From assembly GCA_047495785.1 (NCBI GenBank), contig JBLDXI010000001.1:1240001-1304000 (forward strand): DNA of 64,000 nucleotides. Reading direction: 5' to 3'. The position numbers were made by a program, and so were the translations under genes. The notes below the pieces were generated by a model. The model worked only from the letters and a program-made list of their open reading frames with translations. It was not told the DNA's origin and searched no databases. The stretch's first letter is position 1; every line of letters starts with the position of its first letter. This document shows, in pieces, positions 1 through 13,458 of this stretch. This stretch comes from Lepidodermella squamata (Eukaryota; Animalia; Gastrotricha).

Positions 1-100
1 CATCTCGCCTGATTATTCGCAAGAAATCGAATCTAACAACTAACATAAAAACCCGCCTTTTCTAGATTTCAAATCCGGAAATCTCAAATTTTCGTACATA

Positions 101-1353
101 ATGCCTTGCAAAAGTAATTGTACGTATGACTCGATTGGGAGATCTTGGATTATGGCAAAACTAATCGACCAGGGTGATGATCAGCCCCGACCCTATTTTA
201 TCGGATGGTTTCACGACCTGTCAAAAACTACAATCCAGTCACGACTACCTTTTATGATCAGCTACTCTTTAATCACGCTGCTCTCCATTAGTGCAAGCAT
301 ATGGCTAGCTGTTCTGTACTCGAAACGTTCGGCGCGTCGCGATTTCTTGGTACTAGTTTCACTTATAGGCGCTAGTAATTCTCTGTTTTGCTTCGCTTAC
401 ACAACCTTGCTTGGAATGACATTTCGTAGTGGGTTTTGGGAGGGAGGATCAGAGAGTTGTGTATTCCTTCATTGGTTACTGTTTACTTCTGGAACATTGG
501 GGCCGTGGTTTTACCTGTTGATTAGTCATGAGCAAAAAATATGCTTGCTATCAGGCGTAGCCACTTCATTAGCGAACTCAAAACGGGTATGTTTCAAAAA
601 TGTCCTTATTGTTGATGACTTTTTTGCGGATAGGTTGCTTTTTGGGCTGGATCTAGTTTAATTACCGTCGCTATCACATGGGCTACGTTGTGTTTCTATC
701 CATTCCATGCCTTTAGCCTTCAGAAAATCAGTGTCCCTGGGGTGAACAACAACACTCCAATCGAGTTATGTGGTGGCTTTGGTTATCGATTCATTGGAAA
801 ATACGATACAACGCTCCTAGTTGTGATCTATTACGCCATCATCGTCGGCGTACCGATTTTCATCATCGTTCATAATTACCTGCAAGTTTTTCGTTTCTAT
901 TGTGATCGATTTATTAATGAACTTATTATTTCTAACAGGAGAATTTTCAGAAGATTCCGCTCAATCAGAATCAGAAGCATTGCCGCGAGACGTCAAGATG
1001 TTCTAACTGGATCATCGAGCTCAACGATCAATTCAACGAATGCGATGTTGGAAGATTGGAGGTCCCGCGAGCTTTTCTTTGTGAAGCTATCAATAATATC
1101 ACTCGTACTCTACGCATTACTCCGGATTCCAGTGTTGGTATCATTCGTTCTAACAATGTACTACGAAGACCTGGGCCCGCAGTTGCTAACTGCCGATGCC
1201 CATAAAGCAGCATCTGGGATCTACATGGCTGATTCGTTTATCGGTCCACTGCTGCTGAGCTTAAAACCAAGTTTTTCTTCTGATCTAAAAGAGCTCAAGT
1301 CAAAAATACGCGAGAAATGTTCGCTTTGTTGTGCACTATTATTTGCAAAATAA
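101..1353 (+). CDS. Divergent class A (rhodopsin-like) 7TM GPCR, 2 exons
   Basis: ORFs 101-661 and 688-1353 join in frame through a GT-AG intron (~587-633: aaacgg|gtatgt...ggatag|gttgct). Seven hydrophobic segments; Cys at top of TM3 (SESCVF) and in ECL2 (IELCGG); TM5 P...Y; degenerate DRY (ISHEQK), CWxP (LLRIP) and NPxxY (DSFIGPLL). Confidence 0.75.
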
Positions 1354-1465
1354 CAGTTTGTAAGATAGCTGAAAACCGATAAGAATTGTCTGCCGTCACT
1401 GATAAGACAGGTCATTACCTACGGTATGTGTGTGGATTTTCAAGTGTGAGATCATGTCGTGAAAT

Positions 1466-4400
1466 ATGAGGATTCTGAAGTTAATAAAACATCACGTGCT
1501 GCTGTTAGCATTTCTCTCGTATGGCGCTTTAAGTCAAACTACTTGGCCCTGTGAGCCCACTGATCAGTATTACCAATGCGCTGGAAGTAAAACGTGTATA
1601 CCTCGTGGTTACATCGGAGATTTTATCATCGATTGGTGAGTTAGCAAACCAGATTTCAAAATGTTCATCAAAATAAAGAATTCACAGTTCGGAAGGTGAT
1701 GACGAGCGTGGTTTTGGTTTCTGCGATTTCGAACTGGGTACGATCTCTTTAAAATATTTATCCAATCAAATAGCAATACTTTGAATAAAAGGGAAACCTT
1801 CTGCTGGCAATACGGACCAATTGTGCTCTTGGAAGACATTGGCGAACGTCGAAGGCATCTTCCCCCTCACTCAGCGCTCTGGCGTACCAGCAAGCTACGA
1901 ACCCATCACAGATGGGCCCCCGACTTTGAACTCTAATGGCTGGTATTTGTACTCAATTCCTAAACGAATCTGTGAGAATATCGCATTGATCAAAATATAT
2001 TCTGAAAGTTATATTTCCCAAAGTCATGGACGAGCCTGTAACGTTCAAAAGCCCTACACTGTCTCCAATGTCTTCTCAGTGCAGTATCTCCTTCGCTTTT
2101 TACGCAAATGGCCCGGATGAGAATGAAAAGTTCAGAATAACCGCGGAAGTATTCAATAGCGATGGCGATGTGGAAGTTGTCAATAAGCGGACCATTTCTA
2201 CATCTACCAGTTGGCAAACAATCGTCGTACCCCTTTCAGACACCCCCATAACTTATGCATCCTACTTGACATTAACACTAGCGCCTATCAGTGATAATGG
2301 CAACGCTGCCCATCTAGCTATCGACAATCTTGTTTTCAGTGAGAGCTGTGCTGTTGGTCGTAATCTTCCAGACCTGAATTGCGACTTTGATCAACCGCCC
2401 AATGATTTCTGCCGATGGTCGCAAGATAAGCCAGTATTCCAAACTTCATTGCTATGGCAATATGGCGATGGAGGACAGGTGGCTACTTTGAACGGTCCTG
2501 GGACTGCTTGCAACGGCTCTTATTACATATTCGTCTCAAATCTGATGATCACTTCTGGGTCGTTCTCAACTTCCTACTATGCGCAACTTGTCTCAGATTG
2601 GTATGAAGCAACAACCGAACCGACTTGTCTCGAATTTGCCTACAGCATTTTCGGACCTAACCCAGGTAGCCTTCGGCTGTACGTCTTCACTGAGGATAAA
2701 CAGAAGAAGGAATACTTCTCAAGAGCTGTGTCAATGGGCAACCAGTGGCATCGGGCTCATGTTACCATTCCTGTCCTCACCCAACGATATTACCTCATGA
2801 TATACGCCTTTACTTCCCGTGGCCATAATGGCTACATGGCGATAGATAACATCAGAATAAATCGAGGGGAATGCTCGAACAATCAAAGAACTTGCGATTT
2901 CGAAAACAACATGTGCTCATGGACGAGCAGCGGGTTGGAGCCTTACGATTTTGCATGGCGCCGTATTCGAAGGGCAGACAGTATACATGACACAGATTCC
3001 GGGCCTCAAATTGATCACACCACTGAATCTCAGTATGGTTATTTTATGAGTTTTGAGGCGAAAAATCGTAATCAAGGAGACCGAGCTGAGCTGAAAAGTC
3101 CAAGTTATTTCATCCCTACTGCTGAAGCTAAATGCTTTCACTTTTGGTATCATATGTACGGGAAAGATGTCGACACCCTAGCTGTATCGATTTTACCCGT
3201 CAAATCTCGAAGAGTTGCATTTTCAAGGAGTGTTAACCATGGCAACCATTGGTGGTTTGGCAAGGTTGAACTCAACCCGGAAGACTTCGCCGCGAAATCC
3301 AGTAACTTCAGCGTTTTGATCGAAGCAACTCGTGGCTCGTCAGATGCGAGTGATATCGGCCTGGATGATATGGGTGTACGAGATGGCAGTTGCCCGGAAG
3401 ATGCATCTTGCGACTTCGAGCGCAATCAATGTGGCTTCTCGAACATTTACGAACTCAATAGCGAGGATATAACTTGGATGCGAGCCAATAATGCAACTCC
3501 CAGTATTTTCAGCGGGCCTTCTGTTGATCACACTAAAGGAAGCGAGTCTGGGTACTACATGTTCGTCAATTCACGGGACGTATCTGTTCCCGGAAGCTCG
3601 GCGTATTTCGCCAGTGAGATAGTCCAAGGGTCATCTGACGGCCACTGCTTTTCATTTTGGTACCATATGTACGGAGAAAATGTCGGAACTTTGAACGTGT
3701 ACCTCCTCGACCCGAAGTCGCCCGATGAATGGTTGTCACAACCCGAGCTGATATGGTCCAAAACAGGCAACCAAGGCGACGAATGGCTGGAGGCTAAATT
3801 CAATATTGTAACAGAAAAGGAATACTCGATCGTTTTTATGGTGAATATCACGAAAACTGGAGGTAACGGTGACGTAGCGATAGATGATTTGGTTCTCGAT
3901 AAGTCTGGATTGTGTAAGGACTTGCCCCCTCCAACACAGCCGCCGTCTTCGCCACAGATGTTTTATCCGTGCGGTTTCGAAGGTGACAGCTGCGGATTTA
4001 AAGTTCAGGACCCTGAGAATGTGATCACCTTTCATCGTGCTACTGGCAGTAACCCGGTTCGAAAGGATGCTCCCCGCTATGATCACACCAGAAATGATGA
4101 AATGGGCCATTACGTTAGTTAACATTTAATCATCAATTACAAAATGCAATGTCTGATTTTCTAGTTTGCGAGCTACCTTAATGCTACTGATAAGGACTAT
4201 TACTACAAGCGAGCTCTTACGTCTTACGGTTTGAGTCCAATTTACTCGACGTCTAATCGGCACTGCAAGTTCTCATTTTACTATTACTTGAGCGACAATA
4301 TCAGTCCTACGACCACCTTCGCTGTTGGCGTTCGTCCAATAAACGGAGGCAGTGAATCGACTCGATTCGAGCCAACTTCCAAGAAGCCGACAAATGGTTG

Positions 4401-7400
4401 GGTGCCTGCAACTATCGATCTCGGCTATCAACCTGCTCCATTCCAGATATTCCTCAAACACGTGATAGACTACATGACGAAACCAGCTGGAATGATTGCG
4501 GTCGATGATTTGAGCTTCCTGGACTGTAATCCGCCTCGGCCCCAAGAGACTTGTGAAAAGGGTTTCTTTCAATGCGCAAGTGGCGGCTGCATCCAAGATT
4601 ATTTGGTCTGCGATGGAAGTGATGACTGCCAAGACAATAGTGACGAAAGCTCGAGTATTTGCGCGAATTTCAGAATCATCACACTTGAAGATCCTGATGT
4701 AACAAGGCGATATATCAGACAAGGCAGTGTGGACAGTCCATACGACAACGTCAAGTTTAACTGGGTATTAGCTAGAGGAAAGGCCTATTTGAACGGAGAT
4801 ACTGGGCCGGATTTCGACCACACTTTCGGAAATTCAAGTGGCTATTACTATGTTTCCAAGCCAAGTTATCCCTACCTGGCTTACTCAACTGCTTGGCTGA
4901 TTATCGGCCCATTTAGGGGCAAATCGTCTTCCGACTGTCAAATTCGGTTCGCTTATCATATGTTCGGTAAAGATATCGGTTCGCTTTCAATCTACTACCG
5001 AACAGAACTTGGCGGTCCTCTGACTATGTTATGGAACAGATCTGGAAATATCGGGAATCTATGGCTGAGGGCCAATCAAGTCTTAGCTAATATACCGCTA
5101 GATTTTGAGGTCATAATTGAAGCTTCCATCATGGGTTCGATGTCTTACATGGCTGTTGACGATATCTCGATCACGCCGGGTTGCTCTGTAGTCGAAAATG
5201 AGGTCTTACCAAGCGTATCTACTACGACAAGGGCACCAACGGCCACTCCGCCTCCTTGTCCTGACGATGAGAGCTTGTTTTCTTGTGGCCCAGGCTATTC
5301 ATGCATTTCACACGATCTGGTGTGTAATTTTGTGAAAGACTGCCCAGATGGACGGGATGAGGAGCCGCCGGTGTGCATTAGGAATCCTAGTAGATTCAGC
5401 AATGAGGAAGATATCGACGGCTGGATCTCTGACGCTTTAGCTTCGTGGGCTTGGAATTTCATTAACGTAACTTCGATCCCTAAAACTTGCAGAGGCGCCT
5501 GTCCAACAATGGATTACGACGGAACGGGGTCATACATTGCAGCAAACTTTTACGACGGTGTCGATGCTGACAGTTCGGATCCAGCTGAATTGGAAGGTAA
5601 TTACTTCTTCAAATCTTCAGGCCCTCAATGCACTATGAGATTCGGCTATGTGGTAACTTCGACTCTGAGCTCATACGGTAGACTCGAGTTGGATATCGTC
5701 AACCCGAAACCAGAGGGTGCTCCTTACAACCGAATTTGGAGTGCAAATGCTGATGTAACGAATCGAAATTGGAAAACAGCAGAGGTCTTCATTGGCCAAC
5801 AAAGAGACACATTTATGTTCACCTTCAAAGTTACGCCATCATATGCCTCGTATTTACCTGGTGTCGCGGCTGTTGATGGTATCGAATTCGTGAATTGCGA
5901 TGCTTTGGAATTCAAAGAGTCCTGCGGCGAAAATGAATGGAGATGTGAACGTTCGGGTACTTGCATCAGAGACTTGAACTACGTTTGCGATTTCACGGAC
6001 CACTGCGGCGACTCTACTGGGAATTTGCCCCCATCCGATGAAGATGTAGGCTCTTTTTAAAAACACGAGTCCTTACTTAGATTTTCTTCTTTTCTAGTCA
6101 AATTACTGCCGAAAGTATAAAGCTCGTTGCTCATTCGATCCTCCCTTTTCCGATTGTAACGATTGGAAGGTTGAAAAGTCTGACATTCCATGGCGTGTGG
6201 TTCAAGTCAGTTCAGTCCCAAATAAAGGATATCCACCTACTGATCACACTACTCTAACAACTGGTGGCCATGTCCTACTCCTCCAGTACACATTCGGAGA
6301 ATATAACAAGATTGCTAGATTCACTACAACGAAGCGATACGTCGTTTCTCGAGCAGAGGATCAATGCACTGTTCGGTTTTATCTCTATCTATTCGAGTCA
6401 TCTCAGCCGAACAGAGTTGGAAACGTTTCGATTGTGATCAGAACGTCTTATCAAAGCCCGACGAAAACCTTGACCACCTTATCTGAGCTTCACAGCGTTT
6501 GGGTATAAGACTACTTCCTTTTAAAGTTACTATGATGATTCTATCCTTGTACAGATGCCTGTTTACTATACTTTGAAAGTTGGTGAAGATGTGGCTGTTG
6601 GGCAGCCGTTTGAAATTATTTTTCAAGGTGCTACTTACACGGATTATTTCGGATCGGCTTTAGCGATTGATGACATTTCCCTCTCGCCTGATTGTCATCC
6701 TACCGATGTTATGCTGCCCGGTCAGACAACAACGACGTCGAAACCTATTATATCCCCAGATTGCCCCAACTTACCTGGCCTCTACCATTGTCGAAATGGT
6801 AATGGATGCTACTCAATCTCTCAACATTGCAACTTCGTAGAGGATTGCGAAGATGGGTCAGATGAATGGGACTGCAGTGAGTACTTCGCTGTTCTCTTTT
6901 ATTCTGATTTTCCCAACATTTTTCAGCCTCGAATTATTGCGATTTCGATGGGAATGATGCTGGTAATTCGTCATATTGGTGCAACTGGAAAAATTATTGC
7001 GTGAATTCCCGAGATAACGGACTCTGCTTTGATGCATCCAACACAAGATGGCAATGGATAAATAGGAAAAATGGGAATAACGCTCTTCCGGATTGCGATT
7101 TTACGTCCAGTTGTAACAATGGTGGTTACCTAGCCTCAAAGGGCGGTAGCGATCGTAATGATCGTTCCACCCCTCTGCAATCAACGGTATTCCAAGACGC
7201 TTCCCCGGAATGCACGCTAACATTCGCTTACTACGCCTATAATGTCAACTGGAAATACGCGTTCGAACAACCCTCGAAGCTATTTGTCTACCTGAAATCG
7301 AACTCAGGTCGCAAACAGCTGTTCAAGATTGAAGCTGGAAATAAAACAGAGTGGCAAACAGCCATAATGAACATTTATTCGAAAGACAGTAAGAATTTAT

Positions 7401-8881
7401 GAAGTTTTTCGAATTTCTAATTATTTTGTCTTGGTTCAGAATTTGAGGTCGAATTTGAGGTAGTTCGAGGCTCTGTGTATGATTCCGATATAGCCATAGA
7501 CGCCGTCGAGTTTCGAAACTGCACCCCAACTGTACCAGCTACAACCTGCTTCAACCCGAGCGATTTTCTATGCAAAGATCGAACCCGTTGTATTGAATCA
7601 AGCCGAGTTTGCGATTTCACCTCCGACTGTCGCGACGGCAGTGACGAAGATGACCTATATTGCGTGAGCAAACGAGCCCGTGGATCATGCACATTCGAAA
7701 ATCCTGACTGGCAAAACGCATGCTCGCTAGACCCGCAATTTACCGGCGATCTATTGAATTGGATTATATCCGAGGCAGGGCAAGTGGAGAAAGGGCCTGC
7801 GACAGATCATACTTTCAATAGTAAAGACGGCCATGTAGCTGTTGTGGACACTTCTCTGGTTGATTTCAACTTCATCGATACAGCTACTTTGGTTACTCAA
7901 ACCACTTACCCGGCTAATCCCTCTGGGTCTTGTTTATTCAGGTTTTACTACTACCTTTACCGGGCTAGATCGAGCCTAGGAAATGGTCGCCTCAAAGTCG
8001 TTACTGTTGACGAAAATGACCTTAATCCAATAGTTCTAAGTTACTACAGCATGGCCGCGATTCCTCCTGGTTCAAGTACAAAAGGTAACTATAAGTTCAA
8101 TTAGTCTGGATTATCTCGAATAACAATTATAAAATCATAGAATTTTATGGCAAAGAATGGCAACAGGCGATAGTACCGGTTATCCGAAATGTCCCTTTCA
8201 AAATTCTACTCCAAGCTGAGATGGACGATAATTATCTATCGGTTTTCGCTGTCGATGATATTAGTTTGTCCGAGGGGTGTCGTACAGGACTGGCTGATCC
8301 AAATGGAAACGCCACGATTTGCAAGGAAAATGAAGTTTACTGCGAATCGGAGAATACTTGCATCGATATTAGTTGGATCTGCGATGGCTTTTGCGATTGC
8401 CCGTCTACTTCCATGGGCGAAAAGTGCACGGATGAAGCCTCGTGTGAAGTTACGACTATTTCGACTACCGATGCTGAGGTTCAAACTACCGAAAGTGGTG
8501 GAATAACAGATTCGAGGACTACTACAACTTCGAAATCCCCTGAGTTAACTACACTCAAAGAGCGTAAGTTTTTCGCTATATAGCTATATCATATGATAAA
8601 CATTTAAATTTCATTTTTCTTGCGAATTTTTAGCCAGCGATTCTGACGATTCTTGGCAGATCATTTTGGGTGGCTCACTCGGTGGCTTAGGAGCGATCGT
8701 GTTCAGCGTTATCGGCATTGTCTATTTATTCAAATTTCGTAAAGATCGCGATGTTAGCCCCAGTAGTGATGTCGCACCCATTGTCGAACCAGATCATGTC
8801 GCTAATGAAAATTTTAGTGCTGGACCCAGCACTGTGGTGACAGCAACTGAAACTTCTTCCGATAATCCACCGATTAATTGA
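1466..8881 (+). CDS. MAM and LDL-receptor class A domain-containing type I membrane protein (MALRD1/apical endosomal glycoprotein-like), multi-exon
   Basis: Signal peptide MRILKLIKHHVLLLAFLSYGALS from ATG 1466; about 10 MAM repeats (CDFE...W...GPxxDHT...CxxFWYHMYG...IAIDD) interleaved with about 7 LDLa modules (CxxxxCI...CD...DCxDGSDE); S/T-rich stalk, TM (GGLGAIVFSVIGIVYLF), short tail. Confidence 0.9.
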
Positions 8882-9220
8882 AGGGAATTGATGAATGAAT
8901 AAATAAATTGGAATCATAAATAAATTTCGCTTCAATCTTGGAAATTCTCCTCATGATGGGCGATTGTCTTAGTAGGAGCAATGGGATTAATGAAGTCAAA
9001 AAATAGTTTAAACATTTTTTCACACATACTTACCTCAAATGATGTTTTGAGGTTTATTAACTTAAAGCCGCGCCTTACAGCCGGCGTTAAGTGAGACCTT
9101 ACACCTCAGAACAATATTTTTTGTTGAGGTGGTAAAATTAAGTGAACAATAAAATTGCTTTCACACCCTCAAAAAAAACGAGTATGTCCAGTGGAAGAAT
9201 TCCATTAAACACAAGAGAAA

Positions 9221-10303
9221 ATGAATTTCTATCGGGCAATTAGTTCATTTTTGATTTTCCTTCTTTTCACCTTGTTGATCATCTTCGATCAGCGCCTAAT
9301 CTCGCCCTTATCGTTGCTACGGAGCTCCAGCCTAACTGTAACTAATCATTGGTGGATTATTGAAAGCCAGTCGAATGAAACAGCGAATACGAAACAAGAA
9401 TTCGAGCTGATTGATGATCCTCTCGTTGCTAACAAATCGGGGCCATACTACGTATTTCGAAGGGCAATCAGTGAAGCGGAACACGAGGCGTTTCGCTTCA
9501 CCCTCCGTGGATGCGTCGAACTGCTTCGATTAGCAAATTTGTCGAGCTCTCTATTCTTCGGATCTTTGATTGGCTACTATCGACACGGTGGCAAAATGAT
9601 CCCGTGGGACGACGATCTCGATATTTTCATGTACCCACCTCAGCCATCGCAACACGCTGGGAACTACGTGAAACTTCTTCGGAACGTATCGAAATCAAGC
9701 GAATCATTCAACGCAACATTCGGCCATTTCTCCGCCGCTAATAACAACCACGATACAGTAAAATGTTTCAGCATGTCTAGTAATTATTCGGTGCAAATGA
9801 AAGGTCACGACTGGAGGTGGCCTTACGTTGATATTTTCGTTATGGAGGCGGCTTCGATCAATGCAAGCTGGAGAATTAAAGACTTTGATTACTTTGAGTC
9901 GATTCCTCTGCGTCACAACGTTTCGGATGTTACGATAAGGCGATATGGGAGCTCGGGGATGAAGGCTAGAAATGTTTAGTTCTATGAAAATTGGCTAACT
10001 TTTTCATTTTTCATCAACAGTGCGCGTATCCTTACGAATTAATGTTTCCTCTACAACCTGTTGAGTTCGAGGGTGTCGAAATGATGGCGCCTCGTGATAC
10101 CAAGAGGATACTGACTGACTGGTTCGGTTATCAAGAATGCCAAGGTGAGAATTTCTGCCTACTTCATCATTTGATGGAGCTTTTCTCTCATTACAGCTCG
10201 TTCTTTTGACCATCGAAACGAGAGACCACTTCCATCGAACAACAAAATCAAAGTTGACTGCAATCTGTTGAAACCATACTATAATTTTACGAATTTGGAA
10301 TAA
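9221..10303 (+). CDS. LicD/fukutin-family phosphotransferase, type II membrane protein (copy 1), 3 exons
   Basis: N-terminal signal anchor; GSLIGYYRHGGKMIPWDDDLDI matches the LicD motif (GTLLGxxRHxxxIPWDDDxDI); WPYVDIF; later exons encode CAYPYELMFPLQPVEFEG...P. Confidence 0.88.
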
Positions 10304-10355
10304 AATATTTTCGGGATTAAATTGTCGAAATAAATGTGTAAAAATTATCGACGCC

Positions 10356-10384
10356 AGGCCCGGGCGGAAATTGAACCCGCGATC
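10356..10384 (-). pseudogene. Truncated 3' fragment of tRNA-Thr(CGT)
   Basis: aggcccgggcggaaattgaacccgcgatc matches 15710-15738 at 27/29 nt, with shared flank cgcc; lies at the same position after the LicD stop as the intact tRNA does after LicD copy 2. Confidence 0.8.
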
Positions 10385-12511
10385 CGGCTGATCAGCCAAA
10401 GCCAGGCTTGGTCTGATGATCCAAAACCGGTCTATCAAAACGTTCCACCGCAGACTAAACTATCCGAGACTGGTTCGTATCAGCTGTTGCGGTTGTCCTG
10501 TCTAAAAATGAGCCGGCTCTAGGGCGACACGATTCGGGTCTACTCAATCTACTTCACTCCCTATATCTGAAGGACAAAGATATTGAACAATGTTTTACGC
10601 TAGGCTACACGATGGAAGTCAGAATTTATTAATGACCCTATTCATTATTTTGGGCGTCTTCCTTCTTCAGAAAATGTCCATTTTTCTTTTTGATTCTCAT
10701 TCAGTTATTAAATTTTTTTAATTCAATAATTAAATTTGAATTAATTTTTAATTGCTAATTTTTTCTTGGAAGGCGGATCTCGGGCAGAAATCGCAGCCGT
10801 AAATAAGAGATGAGCACTCCGCCTTAACTTGGACGATATCGACGATTGGTGCGTACGAAAAACTGGCGATCAGTTTTTTCGGCACGCGACTGACTTGGCG
10901 GAGATGCAACAAATAGTTGTACGCCATTTTTTGTTTCTATTTTAGGCAGGCTGTTCTGTCGCCCACCCCGCGACATGGTACCTTTCGCCGGCATATCAAT
11001 TTGCATATTAATCCGCTCGGTGATGAGATCTAGAAACAAACCAGAGTAATATTAGGAGCGCTTTACTTCCAAATTCTATCAGTTCCCGCGGAGATTTGAG
11101 TAATAAACTTGCCGTGGTGGTATACATTTAAAATTTAAACATGTTCGGAGGTTAAGAACGAGCTGAGCAAGCGAAATTATGACTGAAGCATGAGCTCTGA
11201 CAGGACTTTGACGTGCGGTAGCCTTAGCGTCTTTCCTAATCGATCCACGGATCACAAATAATGGGTTCGTTGGTCGCGGTGCGGTCGGTATGATGAGCTG
11301 ATGACTTGATTGATGTTCACAAAAAATCACAATAATACGTGTCCCGCTGAATTTTCAGGGGAAAAGGAGACTAAGAATAAAAGAATCCACAGCTAAAAGC
11401 GATTTCACCCTTAGCCGAACTGCGTGGTCGCTGAAAACGAGTTGCACCGGCTGAATCAGTCAGTCTTTTGCAGAATTTTAACCCGCGATTGTGGCTATGT
11501 ATTCAAATTGAAAGTCCAACTTAGCCTAACATGGCAGTTGTGAACCTTCAGAATGGCCTTACTTCGGTGTTTAGGTAATTATTTTTCTTCAATTCTTTAT
11601 CAAAAGCCTAAAAAAGGCTAAATTGGTAGTTCGAAAGCGCAACATTTACCCGGAAAAATCGAATTTCTTAAGCCTATCATAGGTCGAATATTGAAGCTAT
11701 CTGGGCGCAAGATTTAGATCGATATCTAAACCCTACATTTAGCCTTAGTTGGCCTTAGGATTTTCGACAGGGGGCGACGACTTGGATCCGCGAGCGCAGA
11801 CGCTGATAGCGAGGAAAACAACAAGGACGAAAACACCGAGAGCGGGCGATATCATTGTAAAAAATCTCCGGCTATATAGCCTCTAAAATGCTCTCGTAAT
11901 TAACCCCCATAGAACTGCCTAATTAGTCCAAAAAACAATTAAAAGCAGCTGTGTTTCAAGATAAATAGACGCAGAGCCAAATACCAACGTCTACATAGCC
12001 AGAGAATTTGTACAGGGTAGCGATAAGTGAAGCAAGAAAAGATAATGTGCTCCCGATCGTATACCGATCGTATAGTTATAATAATGTAATACATACAGTG
12101 TGTTGGCGTGTTAATATACTCTGAGTGAGCTAAGAATAGCTGATAAAAAGCTCAAATGAATGCAAAAAGCATATGGTTAAAGCCCAACTCAGTATTTCAT
12201 AGCGCTATATCGCAAAATTTCTCTCTATTAATTAAGTATATCTTTTTTTAATACCACTGACTCTGTATATCTGCGGTGCTTGCTGTGATTCCCTCTATAT
12301 GTTTACAATATTTACAATTAACATTAGAATTGTTTCTCTGCATTTTACTGTATCCAAGACTCATTTCACTTGTGATGAAATCGTATTCGTGGCGCGGAAG
12401 ATCCAGCACTTCAAGCAAAAAACTTGGCTCAAACTTACTTCTTCCGCGCCACGAGCACGAACATGCGATGACGAACATGTTACTCATAGGATCTAGGATC
12501 ATGCCTGCTGT

Positions 12512-12598
12512 CTGAATCAGACGGTCGTCGGCTGAAGCGAACAACCGTGCGTTAGGCCGGCAAAGATGCCCGCTGAAGCCAGAGGCCGTCTGATTCAG
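12512..12598. repeat. 13-bp inverted repeat pair
   Basis: ctgaatcagacgg (12512-12524) and ccgtctgattcag (12586-12598). Confidence 0.7.
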
Positions 12599-13241
12599 CC
12601 GGCGGGAGTGATCATATTTCGTCGTCAGCGCGGAAAAATATGCCATACCCGGAAGAAAAAAGAAAATGACTTTTCGACGGAATCTGTATCTCCTTGTCGC
12701 GCTCTACAATAATCTGAAAACCGCACTTCAAAATTCGCTAAGGATCAAATATGGTATGTCCACCTGGGGTGCCGATGAACGAGGTCATGTATCGGTCATC
12801 GGTCGGGCTAAGTCCATGAAAATGAGCCAAGTCCACGAAAAAATGAATGCTCACACACAAAAATGAACGCATCGTTAAAATTATTTGCGAATATTTTTTG
12901 CAATAGCTCATATCAATATTCACAAGTGAATGATTCATAACTAATACACGACGATAAGCGCAAATTTGTCCCATTCGTACACGGCCTTTGCACTTCCCAA
13001 ATAAGCTCAAAATTTGCAAATGACTTCATCAGGCGCCCTGAAGAAAAATCGAAAATCCGAGCTAGCGCCCGCAAACTCGATTCTGGTATAAAATTCCATG
13101 TCCATTTTACTGGGTGACATTCGGTACCAATATACATTTATTTTGAGAGAATTGCAAAGATTAAAAAAACTGTTTTCGATTTATCCCGAAAAGTTGTTTT
13201 GCGAGCATATTTTGCCGCGCCCACGACGATTCATGATCCCG

Positions 13242-13347
13242 ACCCGTCTGATCAGCCTAACGGCGCCGTGTGAAAACAGGCGTTAACTTATAAGGCGTTA
13301 ACCAATTCCGAGCACGATTTGTTGCTCGTTTGGCTGATCAGACGGGT
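13242..13347. mobile_element. 106-bp MITE-like element with 16-bp perfect terminal inverted repeats
   Basis: acccgtctgatcagcc ... ggctgatcagacgggt. Confidence 0.6.
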
Positions 13348-13458
13348 ATTAACATTAAACGCGATGATAACGCGTGATACGACGAAAATATGAATGTTTC
13401 GCAAATATCATCTCACTAGGCGGACATTCTTCAGTATAACCGTAACTCATGTTGTGAT

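Larger units (their letters stand above)
10384..13347. mobile_element. Putative non-autonomous TIR-bounded segment
   Basis: Left end ccggctgatcagccaaa (10384-10400) matches the reverse complement of tttggctgatcagacgg (13329-13345) at 16/17; related motifs inside (~11447, 12512-12598); no transposase ORF or target-site duplication recognised. Confidence 0.4.

Noticed and set aside
12248-13286. ORFs inside the TIR-bounded segment as a possible transposase
   Set aside because: Short, with no recognisable DDE or DNA-binding motifs.
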